From the NCBI GenBank assembly GCA_001179505.1, contig CDMY01000342.1, positions 48,725 through 112,724 on the forward strand: a stretch of 64,000 bases of DNA, in the 5' to 3' direction. Shown here one piece after another: positions 49,198 through 61,682 of this stretch (positions within the stretch are counted from its first letter, which is position 1; each line of letters opens with the position of its first letter). The notes beneath the pieces were generated by a model. The model was not told the origin of the DNA. It ran no database searches and saw only the letters and a program-made list of their open reading frames with translations. This stretch comes from Vitrella brassicaformis CCMP3155. Lineage: Eukaryota; Protista; Chromerida. A program made the translations under genes and the position numbers.

Positions 49198-49859
49198 TCA
49201 TTTTTTGTGAATGAACACCATCACGACCCGCACGATGATGCCCACCATCATGGCAATGAGCACGGAGTAGGCAGGAATGGTCAGGCGCAGAAGCACGCTC
49301 ACCTTGGCTGACTTGCGATACGTCGCTGCATACCTGCCACATCAATTAACACATTGACCCATTCCTTTCATGGTGTGTCCGGTGCGCATGTGGCCGGCTT
49401 ACGCGTGTCTGAGTATCACCCAGGCGGAGCCCAGAAGCGCACCCCATAGAGGGGAGACCATGATGGAAAACATCCACATCAGTGCTGCGTGTACACATAC
49501 ACATGCAGCGGCAAAGATGGCCTGGAAGGGCCTCCCGTGTGTGTCTGTGTGTGTGGGCCGCGGCACTTACTGAGGAAGATGGGCATCTGCTCCACCTGGT
49601 TCATCTGGGCCCTCACGGCCCTCTCAAACTCATCGTTGCCAGTCATGATCGGGAACCTGATCTGGTGCTTTCGCCTCAGGAAGCCCACACCTACACAATC
49701 AAATCAAATCAACGCAATGCAACCAAACAGACAGACAGACAGTGACACACGCTCACCGAGCACATCGATGAGTTGATATCGGACGATCCATATAATCGTC
49801 ACTGCAGTGGGCGCCGCATACGCCTTGATCAGCTCCTCGCCCAGAACCACCTCAGCCAT
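49198..49859 (-). CDS. MAPEG family (microsomal GST/LTC4S-like) membrane protein
   Basis: VGFLRRKHQIRFPIMTGNDEFERAVRAQMNQVEQMPIFL, followed by GSAWVILRHAYAATY and hydrophobic TM segments. Confidence 0.9.
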
Positions 49860-50077
49860 CGGTGTCACAACCACAGTGACTGCTGCTGCTGCTGCTGAAC
49901 ACCTAGAGAGCCTCGAGAGCAGTTGTGCACTTGCAAACGTCTTGCGCGTGCCTTGTTCGTCACACTTCCTTGCAGGATCTGGCCAAACACCTCCCTCTGG
50001 CAGCTGCAGCTAGCCACACTTGCGAGCTTCTGTTGGGTGGAGGTCGCTGGCTGCACCATATCTCTAGATAAGACGCG

Positions 50078-50671
50078 ATGGTGAACAAGTTGCGCAGCCG
50101 TACTTTGGTGCCGTCGAGCGGTAGCAATGCGGCTGGCGCTCCGAAGCGTACGAGCAAGATAGTGTGTCCATCGAGCGGCGCTGAGCGTCCGCGGACCCGG
50201 CGGCAGCGGCAGCTGGCCGGCTGTGGCGATGAGGGCCAGGCGGGCGGGCCGCCGATGCCCGCCATCGGCATGCTCACCGACGAGTGGCTCGGGGTCTTCT
50301 CGTTCGTCGGACTTCACACACTCATGCAGGTCAGACAGACAAACAAGCAGACAGACAGACGGACGGGTGTCTGCGGCATGCCAGACTTAATGCGTGTGTC
50401 TGCCTGTCTGCCTGGTTGGATGTGGTGTGCTCTTTGGTGTCAGGATTTCCGGCCTGTGTGTCGCCGGTTCAAGCAGCTGACCGGCGAGAGTGTGATGAGC
50501 CTGCACGTGACGTCGAGCAACATCAAGGGTGTGCCGCTCGGCGACTTCGTCAACCTCCAGCACCTGCACGTCACACACATGAACCGGCCGGGCTTCAGGA
50601 TACTCCTCCGCTCGTTGGGCAGATGCAGACGGCTCAAAAAATTGACAGTGGTGCGCTCTCGACACAGATGG

Positions 50672-50702
<31 letters not shown>

Positions 50703-53238
50703 TATGGTTGGGAGAGAGAGATGGAAAGTTGTGTGTGTGGTCGGTCACTCAGGAGTACTGTCAGCTCGGCAACGACGTGGCCGAGGGTCTGCAGACCTCC
50801 CTCCCACTGCTGTCGGACCTGGTGGAGCTGCGCATCGACTCGTGCAAGCTGCTGGCGGCGACGGTGCACCTGCTGTCGTTCGCTTTCCCCGACTGCCAGA
50901 AGCTGACCTGCCTGTCGCTGGCCGACAACGAACTCAAGGGCATCCACGTCAACGCGCTGTGCGTCATGCTGCCGCACTGCCCACTGCTGGAGATGATCGA
51001 CCTCGACTGCAACCGGCTCAACGACTTGGGGGCGCTGCAACTTGCTGAGGTGCGTGCAGACAGACAGGGAGCCATCCGCTTGTTCCATCGGGGTGTGTGT
51101 GTGTGTGTGTGTGTGCAGGTGCTGCCGCAGATCGGTCGGCTTCATTCGCTGTCGCTTCGCGAGAACCACATCGGCGATGAGGGCGGGATCGCCCTCTGCG
51201 AGGCACTCGCCAAGTGCCAACACATTCGGGACGTTGACCTCTCAGGTCAGCAGAGAGACAGAAACACACACACAGAGACAGAGAGGGATCCAATGACGAT
51301 CTCACAGACTCTCTGTCTGTCTGTGTGTTGCGCGTTGTGCAGACAATGGTCTGACGGAGCTCAGCGCGCCGGCCCTCCGTGCGTTGGTCCGGTCGTCCCC
51401 CTCGCTGCAGTTCCTCGACCTGGACGACAACAAGATCTCAGAGGAGGATATCGCTCAACAAGACCAAGACCAAGACCAACACCCAGACGCACACGACGAC
51501 CATCACAACGGCAGGGACGACGACAACGGCCACGGTGGTGGCGCCGACGGCCCCTCTCCCCCACCCCCACCACCACCCGCGCCCGCACCCTCCCATCCCT
51601 CGCAAACGTCGCTGCCTGTGGGTCCTCATGTGTCGAGCAGCAGCTCGTCCGCCCCGACGTCCGAGACGGCCGCCCGGCCGCCCCCCGTGGTCAAGTGCAA
51701 GCCGCGGGTGGAGCAGGAGGACGAGCAGCCACGCAACAAGAGGAAAGCCGACGACAGGTGCGCTCCATGGGCGTGGGTGTGGTCTCCAGCATCGGTCTCA
51801 ATTACGAGTGTCTGTGTCCGTGTCTGTGAATGTTTCAGTGACATGTACGACGACTCGCGCAACGAGCGCGTCGACAACAATGGTGCGGTGACCGGTTTCC
51901 GCACTGCCGACGGTGTCAAGAACCCCCGCAAGAGGCGGGCGGTGGAGCGGCGGGGCGGGGGCGACAATGGCGAGGGCGGGGGGGTGGCTGACCTGGCTCC
52001 CATGGACATGGACGAGCTGGCGCCCAACCAGAGGGTCAGACATTTCATGCAGCGCACCGATGAAGAGGTCAGAAAGAGGCAGGGAGGGAAAGAGGTGAGA
52101 GACAGACGGGCATTACGTGTGTATGGTTGGTCGGTGCGTGTCAGTTGGCGGCCGAGGAGGATGATGACGAGGAGTACCAGCCCGACACCAGCAGCCAGCA
52201 GGCCGTCGACGGCGATGATCTCGACGATGACGACATGGACCTCTCCGCGGTCAGCCAGCCACACCACACCACACCACACCACACAGCCATTTCCTACCCC
52301 CGTGTGTGTATGTGTGTGTGTGTCAACAGGATGGCATGAATTCCGGTGGTGGGTATGATAATTTGTATGACAGCAATGAGTGGGGTCTTAACGCCAACGA
52401 GCTGGAGGAGGAGGAGGACGAGGACGGCTCGGACGAGGATGAGGATGAGGACGAAGATGAAGAGGAAGACGACAACCAAGAGCAGGGTACGTCAACTCAA
52501 CCGACTGGCTGCCGGGCTGGCTGACGCTCCTGCACACAGAACACCACAGAACACACACACACACACACACACGAGGACCGATCGCCTGTCTGCCTGCCTG
52601 CCTGCCTGTGTGCATTCAGCCGTTCCTTGGAAGTCTGGTCGTCTGGGCGTGGGTATGGGCCAGAGCCACGCGGCGGCTCTCATCGCCAAAGTCACGGGTG
52701 GATACGCTAACAGACCGGTGAGTGGGTGCGGCGGCACATGCAAACAAGAAGAGGCAAAGGACACACACACGAGTGCGTGTGTGTGTTGTGTTGTGCTGCT
52801 CACGTTTGCAGGGTGAGGAGGAGGAGGACGAGGATGATGAGGACGACGAGGAGTTCGAGGAGGCGGATCAGGGCGATGGCGATGACGATGACGACGACGA
52901 GGACGGTATGTAATGACATACCCACCCACCTCTACCCACCTCTCCCTACCTCCGCCAGACCCACACCGACTGTCTCCACACATGCATCTATCCCATGCCT
53001 GTTGGTTGTGTGTTCCTTTTCATCAGACGGGGATGAGGGAGAGGTTGAGGACGCCGGCGGCGAGGAGGCAGCAGCAGATCAGGAGGGGGACGGGGAGGGG
53101 CTGCACCTGCCCGACCCACCAGGGCACCACATCCAGGGCAACGCGGTAGTGCAGCCAGGGGCAGAGGGGCAGCCGGCACCCGACGCCTGGCTGGCTGACG
53201 CTCAAGACGTTGACGACGACGACAAGACTGAGGAATGA
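50078..53238 (+). CDS. F-box-like + RNI-type LRR protein with a long acidic C-terminal tail
   Basis: LTDEWLGVFSFV..DFRPVCRRFKQL (F-box-like). LRRs: LTCLSLADNEL, LEMIDLDCNRLNDLGA, LHSLSLRENHIGDEGGIALCEAL, LQFLDLDDNKI. Several D/E-run exons follow. Confidence 0.85.
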
Positions 53239-54066
53239 ATGATCCGACCAGTCAGGTCAGGGAGGGAGGGACATAGGCGGATGGATGGATGGATGGGTGG
53301 GTGCGTGCGTGTGTGCGGATGTTTCCATCAGGCCAAGCCAGTAGGCTGGCTGCACACGTAGCAGGGAAGCCGATGGAGGCGGTCTGTCTTCGGTGCGCTC
53401 ACACGTGTGGGTGGGCGCGGCTTTGCGTGCGTTTGCGCGTGTGTGTGCTGCCTGCCTGCCTGCCTCTGCGAACATAACATAGATATCTAACATGCCAGGA
53501 CGATGGATGGATGGATGGATGGATGGATAAATGGGTGCGTCGTCGTGAGTGTCTGTCTGGTGAGCTGAGCGATTTTGGTCCACCCGTCCCTCCCTCCCTC
53601 CCTCCCTCCATCCATCTCGCTCTCTGCCTGTCTTTCTGTCTGTGTGGTCATGAGCGGCAGATTTAAGCAACGGGGAGGGTCGGGGAGGGCTGGTTCTCTC
53701 TCTCTCCCTGCCTCTCTCACTCCCTCCTCGTCTGTCTGCCGGCCTCCTGGGTGTAGCGAAAGTGGACGGACAGACAGACAGACAGACAGACGGACAGACG
53801 GACAGCTGGGTGTGGTGGCTAGGTAGACGTGCTGCGTGTGTGCGGTGTGTGCGGTCTTTTCTCGTCGGCCGTGCAGTGCATTTCATGGTGTGCGAGTCGA
53901 GTCGTCTGACCATCGAACGTTCAACTCAACCATGTCAGTCAGTGAGTCATTTGTATGTGTCTGTCAGTCAACCCTAAATTCCCCAACACCGTGGATGGGT
54001 TGGATCTATACACCCACCCACTTGGCTAACACACCGCCTCTGTGGCCACCAACAGGATCAGATCTA

Positions 54067-55319
54067 TCACCTGCTCGCACCTCCACGGTGGACACCACCT
54101 GGCACTTCCTCCTCCTCGGCCACATGTCCCTCACCGTCGCCATGGCCATCGCCACCACTAGCAGCACTGAGAAGGAACTCAATCAGCTCCCGCCGCATGG
54201 TGTGCAGGGCCGCTGTGTTGTGTTGCGCCTGGATGAGGCCGATCAGCGGGATAAAACCATGGCCCGTCTGCAGCAGCGCCTGCGCACCCGGCACGCTGAT
54301 CCCACCCCTGCCATGGCGTCGTTGGGCCACACACACACACACACACAAGTGCGTCACCTCATCCTTCTGCTCTGCTCTGCTCACGGATGCTATACTTACC
54401 TGTGGTCAGTGACTGTGTCGCGCGTGTAGTTGTAAGTGCGGATCTTTTCGCTCCTGTCGCCCGTGCCCTGGTGCTCTGCGCGCACGTCCGAGGCCGCCTG
54501 CCATGCCACCAGGAAGGCACACCATTCGTGTCTGGTGTCGTGTGTAGGGGATAGGGTGTGTGTGTGTGTGTGTGTGATTGGGGGGCGGGGACTACCTGTG
54601 CCTTGGTTCTGCGCTGTATGTCGAAGAGCCGGGCCCTCAGCAGCGACATGGCCTTGACGCGATTGGAAATCTGGCAGCAAAGGAAACAGACAGACAGACA
54701 GACAGATGTGTGTTCGTTTCATGAGTGTCGGCGGCCATGGGCATGGCTGCGCTGCGCTGCGTGTGTAGATTAGATTACCAGTGAGGATGTGTCGCTGACT
54801 TTGACGGCGATTTTGGTGGGTTTGTGTGTGATCCTGACGGCCGTGTCGGCCATGTTGACGCTCTGCCCCCCCGGCCCGCTGCCCCGCATGCTCTCGATCT
54901 TCAAATCGCCAGAAGATATCGACACTACACACACAGCCACACACACATATCACAGATAAGGCACGACCCACCTGCTCCCCTCTCTGTGCCCATCTCCCTC
55001 TCTTGCCTTCAGTCGTGTCAGCCTTGGGCAGGACGACCACCGATGCGGCACTGGTGTGGATGCGCCCCATCCTCTCCGTCTTGGGCACCCGCTGCACCCG
55101 GTGGACCCCGCCCTCCCACTTGAGCCAGCCGTGGGGGGCGGCCGCACTGCCGCTCACCTCGGCGATGGCCTCCCTGTAGCCCTCACCGCCCCCCTCTGAG
55201 GACCGCTGGACGTCCAGCGGCGTGAAGGTGAGCGCAAGGGCGGTGCATGCGCTCTCGTACATGTGGAAGAGCTCACGGGCGAAAAGGCACGCCTCCTGCC
55301 CACCCACACCCGGACGGAC
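54067..55319 (-). pseudogene. 5'-truncated duplicate of the release factor 1 gene
   Basis: ~54011-55320 is near-identical to ~56346-57674. It lacks exon 1 (targeting peptide and N-terminal domain) and the upstream splice acceptor. Confidence 0.85.
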
Positions 55320-56400
55320 CACACTGAAAAACAAGTCAGTCGGTTATAAAAGGGTCGTTCCAGTAGTTTTCGCACTAACCACCAGTGGTCTTGGTTCTTG
55401 TCTATCAGTGGTATGTGGGCCTACAGGTGGCCATCAATGGTCATCCTACGGTCAAAAGTGGCAGAATGGTGACATTTTTGTGCGCTTGTGTAGCGTCGTC
55501 AGTTTTGCTGACCTGCCCCTCTCTCTTGGCACGTGTGTCACCAACTCAAGGGTGCACCAGATCCATGTGTCGGATGGGCCGGGCGACACCCACAGAGCCA
55601 ACCACGGGCCTGCGGAGATGGACAGAAAATGGCTTGAGAGGGAGGGTTCAGAGAGAAGTTCCGCAGAGGCCAATTGGTCGGCGCATAGCAAAGCCTTCAT
55701 CGAGAGCAATCCTCTGGCACCCGAATGAGCCTCGGGGTCTTGGCACAACACGCCATCTCGACCTGCACACCCAGACAGACGCACACACAGAGAGAGATGT
55801 CAGCTTACTTGTCCTTCTGGCTGCTCCTGACTGCGTGTATGGCCTTCCTGTGAGCCTTTCTGCGGAGATCTGCGGTTTGTGCGGTCTATTGCAGCACTTC
55901 TAAGCTCGCAGGGCTTGAAACCCCACACCCTAAACCCTAATTATGCTATGTAGGGTTTGCGAATTTCGTGAATGCGGTTGTGCAGGAGTGCGCAGCACGC
56001 AGGCAGGCACCTTCCCACACACGGATGTGCGCAGGGGTGGGCTGTGTGTGCAGAGAGGGAGGGAGGGAGGGGGCTTGCACTGCGCATGTGCCCCTCTCTC
56101 TCTGTCTCTGTGCGTGTGTGTGTGTGTGTCGATGTGTGTGTGTTCATGCCTGCCTGCCTGTCTGCCTGCCTTTAAGGTTGCGTGCGCTCGTGGCCCATTC
56201 ATCATTCCAATGCATTCATCGGCCATTCATTCAGTCAGCAGCCCATCCGTGACAGTCTGATTGATTATGTCTTTCTTTGCAGTTTGAGAGGGGCACAGAC
56301 AGACACACAGACACACACACACACAGACACACACACACACACAGACCCACCCACTTGGCTATGCACACCGCCTCTGTGGCCACCAACAGGATCAGATCTA

Positions 56401-57677
56401 TCACCTGCTCGCACCTCCACGGTGGACACCACCTGGCACTTCCTCCTCCTCGGCCACATGTCCGTCACCATCGCCATGGCCATCGCCACCACTAGCAGCA
56501 CTGAGAAGGAACTCAATCAGTTCCCGCCGCATGGTGTGCAGGGCCGCTGTGTTGTGTTGCGCCTGGATGAGGCCGATCAGCGGGATAAAACCATGGCCCG
56601 TCTGCAGCAGCGCCTGCGCACCCGGTACGCTGATCCCACCCCTGCCATGGCGTCGTTGGGCCACACACACACACACACACACACACACAAGTGCGTCACC
56701 TCATCCTTCTGCTCTGCTCTGCTCACGGATGCTATACTTACCTGTGGTCAGTGACTGTGTCGCGCGTGTAGTTGTAAGTGCGGATCTTTTCGCTCCTGTC
56801 GCCCGTGCCCTGGTGCTCTGCGCGCACGTCCGAGGCCGCCTGCCATGCCACCAGGAAGGCACACCATTCGTGTCTGGTGTCGTGTGTAGGGGATAGGGTG
56901 TGTGTGTGTGTGTGTGTGTGTCATTGGGGGGCGGGGACTACCTGTGCCTTGGTTCTGCGCTGTATGTCGAAGAGCCGGGCCCTCAGCAGCGACATGGCCT
57001 TGACGCGATTGGAAATCTGGCAGCAAAAGAAGCAGACAGACAGACAGACAGACAGACAGATGTGTGTTCGTTTCATGAGTGTCGGCGGCCATGGGCATGG
57101 CTGCGCTGCGCTGCGTGTGTAGATTAGATTACCAGTGAGGATGTGTCGCTGACTTTGACGGCGATTTTGGTGGGTTTGTGTGTGATCCTGACGGCCGTGT
57201 CGGCCATGTTGACGCTCTGCCCCCCCGGCCCGCTGCCCCGCATGCTCTCGATCTTCAAATCGCCAGAAGATATCGACACTACACACACACACACACACAC
57301 ACATATCACAGATAAGGCACGACCCACTCCTCCCCTCTCTGTGCCCATCTCCCTCTCTTGCCTTCAGTCGTGTCAGCCTTGGGCAGGACGACCACCGATG
57401 CGGCACTGGTGTGGATGCGCCCCATCCTCTCCGTCTTGGGCACCCGCTGCACCCGGTGGACCCCGCCCTCCCACTTGAGCCAGCCGTGGGGGGCGGCCGC
57501 ACTGCCGCTCACCTCGGCGATGGCCTCCCTGTAGCCCTCACCGCCCCCCTCTGAAGACCGCTTGACGTCCAGCGGCGTGAAGGTGAGCGCGAGGGCGGTG
57601 CATGCGCTCTCGTACATGTGGAAGAGCTCACGGGCGAAAAGGCACGCCTCCTGCCCACCCACGCCCGGACGGACCTG

Positions 57678-57715
<38 letters not shown>

Positions 57716-58245
57716 AAAAGAGTGTCAGTGTATGTGTGTGTTTTTGTGGGGATGGATCTAGCCACCTCGAGAATGACGTCCCTCGCGTCCATTCCCTCGT
57801 CGTTGAGCATTTCCTCCTCCATCTTGCCCTCCACCTCCCGCACCTTGGCCAACACTGCCGCCCTCTCACGCTGCACAAACGCACTGTCGCCCTCTCCTCC
57901 CCCCTCGCCCTCTGTCAGCAGGCTATCAGCCACCTTCAGCTCCTCAGCCAGGTGCACCAGATGCTCGCAGTGAGGCAGCAGCCGCCGGCAGACTGCGGCC
58001 AAGGGCGGCTCAGTGGGTGCAGGCAGCCAGGGCGACTTGATGCGGGGAGGGGTGGGCGAGAAGGCGCGCCGCTTGACCACCTCGGAGGCGATTGTGATGA
58101 GCTCCTCGTCGACGCCGCAGTCATCGGTAGCATGCGCAGCATCGGAAGATTGGAACCGACGGCAGATGAGGAGCCCGCTGCAGGGCAAACGATGAGAGGG
58201 ATAGCGGCTGATGATGGTGACGGTGGTCCAGCAGCTTCTGATCAT
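56401..58245 (-). CDS. prfA: Organellar (probably mitochondrial) class I peptide chain release factor RF1
   Basis: [50 protein letters not shown] (PxT motif of RF1), [11 protein letters not shown] (GGQ), [14 protein letters not shown]. The Arg-rich N-terminus with RRFQS resembles a mitochondrial presequence. Confidence 0.95.
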
Positions 58246-58448
58246 CAACCTCGGCAATGATGCAACTGCGCTGCATTCATCAGATCCATCGTAGATCTAC
58301 GCTTGGCGTTATCAAAGGCGGCCCTGGGGCAATGCAAATGCTCTTTTTTTCTCGACAAACGCAGACAGACGCGAGCTTAGCTCGCAAAAGAGTTGTTGCA
58401 TCACTTTTTGACTCATTTCGGCGCCCCGAGAGCAGCAGAGAAGCACCC

Positions 58449-59556
58449 ATGGCTGCGAGTGGCAAAGCCCTCCGATTTGTTGGCGTGTCTGGGAGTCTCC
58501 GCAAGGCCTCGACCAACACAGGCCTCCTGCGCTACGCACAGACGGCGCTGGCCAAGGAGGGCGTTTCCCTTGAGATGCACGACATCAGTGGGCTGCCGAT
58601 GTTCAACCAGGACCTGGAGCCCAACGCACCCGACGTACGTAAGATGATGGAGGGATGGATGAGTGGCGGACAGGCGGCAGACATCAGAGAACGCTGAATG
58701 GTGCTGAGTGTGTGCATGCAATCATCGCAGGCAGTTCGAGAGTTCAAGGAGGCCGTGAAATCGGCCGACGGTGTCATCTTCGCTTGCCCCGAGTATGACA
58801 GACCAGGGCCGATTCCTCTCTCTTTTGTGTATCTGTCTGTCATGATACTGCAGGTACAATTACGGTGAGCTTCACCGCCCTGACGCATCCATTGCCTCTC
58901 ATTCACAGGGCAGAAAGACGTGCTGTGTCCTCATCGTTTCATTGTCAGGTCTGAGTGGCGCTCTGAAGAATGCCCTCGACTGGGGCTCTCGGTCAGCAGG
59001 GGCCACATCACGTGCATGGTGTGCTCGTCCGTCCGTCTGTGTGTCTATGGGTTGTCTGCCGTCCTTGCTGCAGCACTCCCAACTGCTGGGACGGCAAGCC
59101 GGCGGCTGTCATGGGGGCCGGCGGTGGCTTCGGCACCAAGAACGCACAGTGAGTGCTACACGAGAGTGCATGCCGGCCGTTCCTTCATCCAATTTGCTTG
59201 AGCTGTGTGCCTATTATGTCCATCTCAGATACCATCTCCGCGGCGTGAGAGGCGACACAGAGCATATGCTCGTCCATGTGCATGCTCACACGTCTTTTTT
59301 TTGTGTGTGTGGGTTGGGCGGTAGGTGTGTGTGTTTCTGAACGTCCATCTGATGAACAAGCCGGAGGTATATTCGACAAGTCCACTCGGTGCCACACACG
59401 TGTGCGTGTCTCTCTCTGTGTGCGCAGGTGTGCATCAAGCGTTTTGAGAAGAAGGGCATCTTCAGTGACGACGGCGACCTCATTGAAGAGGAGTATCAGA
59501 AGCGTGTCGACCAGCTGTGTGCGTCATTCATACAGTTCGCCAAGCGCTCTCAGTAG
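58449..59556 (+). CDS. NADPH-dependent FMN reductase (flavodoxin-like, ChrR/NQR type)
   Basis: GVSGSLRKASTNTGLL, ADGVIFACPEYNYGLSGALKNALDWGSR, WDGKPAAVMGAGGGFG, QYHLR, NKPEV; 7 exons including 11-nt and 16-nt micro-exons. Confidence 0.95.
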
Positions 59557-59886
59557 CTACCTGCCTGCCCGCGGTGACAGGAAAGAGCGAGAGTAGATGA
59601 ATGACCACGAGAGAGGAGAGAAGAGAGAAAAGAAGCTCAATCCGGGCTTCTGAGCGTTTTGGCTGCATGAGCGGGACACGAGACTGCCTGATTAGTGCCG
59701 GTAGCAGCGACCGAGACAGTCACGGCTGGTGAACGAGACGAATCCATCCAACCATCCCTGATGGCTCTCGCTACCAGCGTGCTCCTCCAAACGACACACA
59801 CACACACACACACACAAACCCAACGAGCAGCCAGATGAAGGAAAGAGCAAAAGTCTCTGTTATCATGTCCATCAACCCCACACCCA

Positions 59887-61209
59887 CTAGCCATAGATAG
59901 ACACGCTCTTGTAGGGGCGGCTCATCCGCTGCTCGACGAAGTCAGGATAAGGCGACACAGACACCGATGGCCCCTCCCTCCTCCTCCAGGGAACAGGGAA
60001 CGGCTGCACAGCTTTGTCCGAATCAGCACTCACCGGCCTCTTCTCATTCACATCAACAGGGCGAGACAGAGGCGGCAGCACACTCGACTGAGACCGCTTC
60101 ATGCTCCTGGTCCGCAGCACAAACGCCGACATGGCCTCGCCCATCTTGTCGATCACCTCTGGACAGGAAGGGCAACGCAGTCGCACACCAATCACCGGGC
60201 GAGAGGATGAGGGATGTCCCCTTTTCAGTCTGTCTGGGCTGACGAAGACGATGAATGTGCGCGGGAAGACTCTCAGGAACTGGGCGAGGGTGAGGCTGAA
60301 GGCGGTCCACACGCCCCTGCTCCTCACGCACTGGCGATAGAGCGAGAGCAAGGCACGGACAGTGTGCGTTTGGGGATAGGACCTGCAACGGCCACGAAAT
60401 GGCACGTATCGTATGTCATCTGTTTGGCCTGTGTCTGTCTGTATGCATGCTCATACCTGAGTAGGTGAACAAGGTCTCTCGCTTCCCCATAGAAGATCTC
60501 CCACAATCCCCGCGAGAAGCGACACCTCACCACCGGCGGTACGCCATCCGCATCCCTCTCGGCCACCCCCTCACCACTGCTTACCAGCCGGCTCTCTCCA
60601 GGGAGGGCCTTAAAGCTGTACCCACGCAACGTCTTCGTCGTTTCCTTCTTCTCTCGAGGGGTGGCGGACGGTGGTCTGGAGGGGCGGCGAGAGGAAGGCG
60701 GCCGGCTGGCTGTGCCGGGGCGGCTCATCCGTCTGTCGCGGAAGTACTTCTGCTGGTCTTCAAGTGGGGGAAGAGACATGTCAGCTGCTGGTTGGCCCTT
60801 TTGGTCCTTCAGTGCAGCGGCGAGAGTGAGCACCGTCCGGCCTTCGTGGGTGGTGGTGGGCGGCCCCCTGTGTCTGCTCCTCTTCCCCTGCCTGTCCCGC
60901 GTGTGCACCTCCAGCTCGACCGTGTCCTGCATGGTTGACCAAGAACAAATGCAGCTGCATTGCATTCAATTTGTTGTTGATGACATTGCAAGGCAAACAT
61001 ACCTCATCGACGACGGTGAAGCCCTTGAGAAGACTGTAGGTGCACCTCGGGTGGTCGTTGGCCGAGTAGAAAGTGGAGCGATTGTACGCCGCTTCGCGGA
61101 GGGCCTTGGAAGAATGAAGCGAAGGGGCTGACAGTGTCTTGGGCAATGCCATGATGTGTGGAATCGAAACGTTGCCGTACTGAGTGTTGACCCATGCCCC
61201 CTGTGACAT
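59887..61209 (-). CDS. Hypothetical protein with a possible winged-helix (LOTUS/OST-HTH-like) segment
   Basis: Three long open exons (MSQGAWVNTQ..., DTVELEVH...DLVHLL, RSYPQTHTVRALLSLYRQ...AQFLRVFPRTFIV...). The domain call is weak. Confidence 0.65.
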
Positions 61210-61319
61210 AGGAGGGGGAGGGAGGGGAACAGGGTTCGACGGAGTTTACAGCGATTGGGTACCTCGCAGATCGCAGCTGAGGAGGAGAGGCCAGCAGAAG
61301 CGTTGTGTGTTGTGTGAGA

Positions 61320-61621
61320 ATGAAGCTCCTGTTCATCCTGGTCGCGGCATCTGCCGTCTCCGCCCTGGCGTTCGTGCCGCCAACAAAGCCCCTTCTCTCT
61401 CAACGACACACACAGCTGGTGAAGCGCAGAGCAACGTACAGGGCATTCATCACACAGCACTTTGGATCTGTTGTCTGCTTACCTGGCTTTGCAGAAGGCG
61501 GCACCATCGACCGCCCCAGGTGTGGCGCCTCCCATCGGCTTCTTTGATCCCGCCGGCCTCTCAAGAGGTGAGCAAGACAACTTCGCGGACAGCACAGGGC
61601 ATCCCTGTTACTCCCTCACGC

Positions 61622-61682
<61 letters not shown>

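Noticed and set aside
55321-55903. Overlapping 110-172 aa ORFs in the spacer between RF1 copies as a new gene
   Set aside because: No motif, no consistent splice model, and competing ORFs on both strands.
55917-55960. Telomerase RNA template or a true telomere
   Set aside because: Under two repeat units, present at two interstitial sites, with no supporting RNA structure recognisable.
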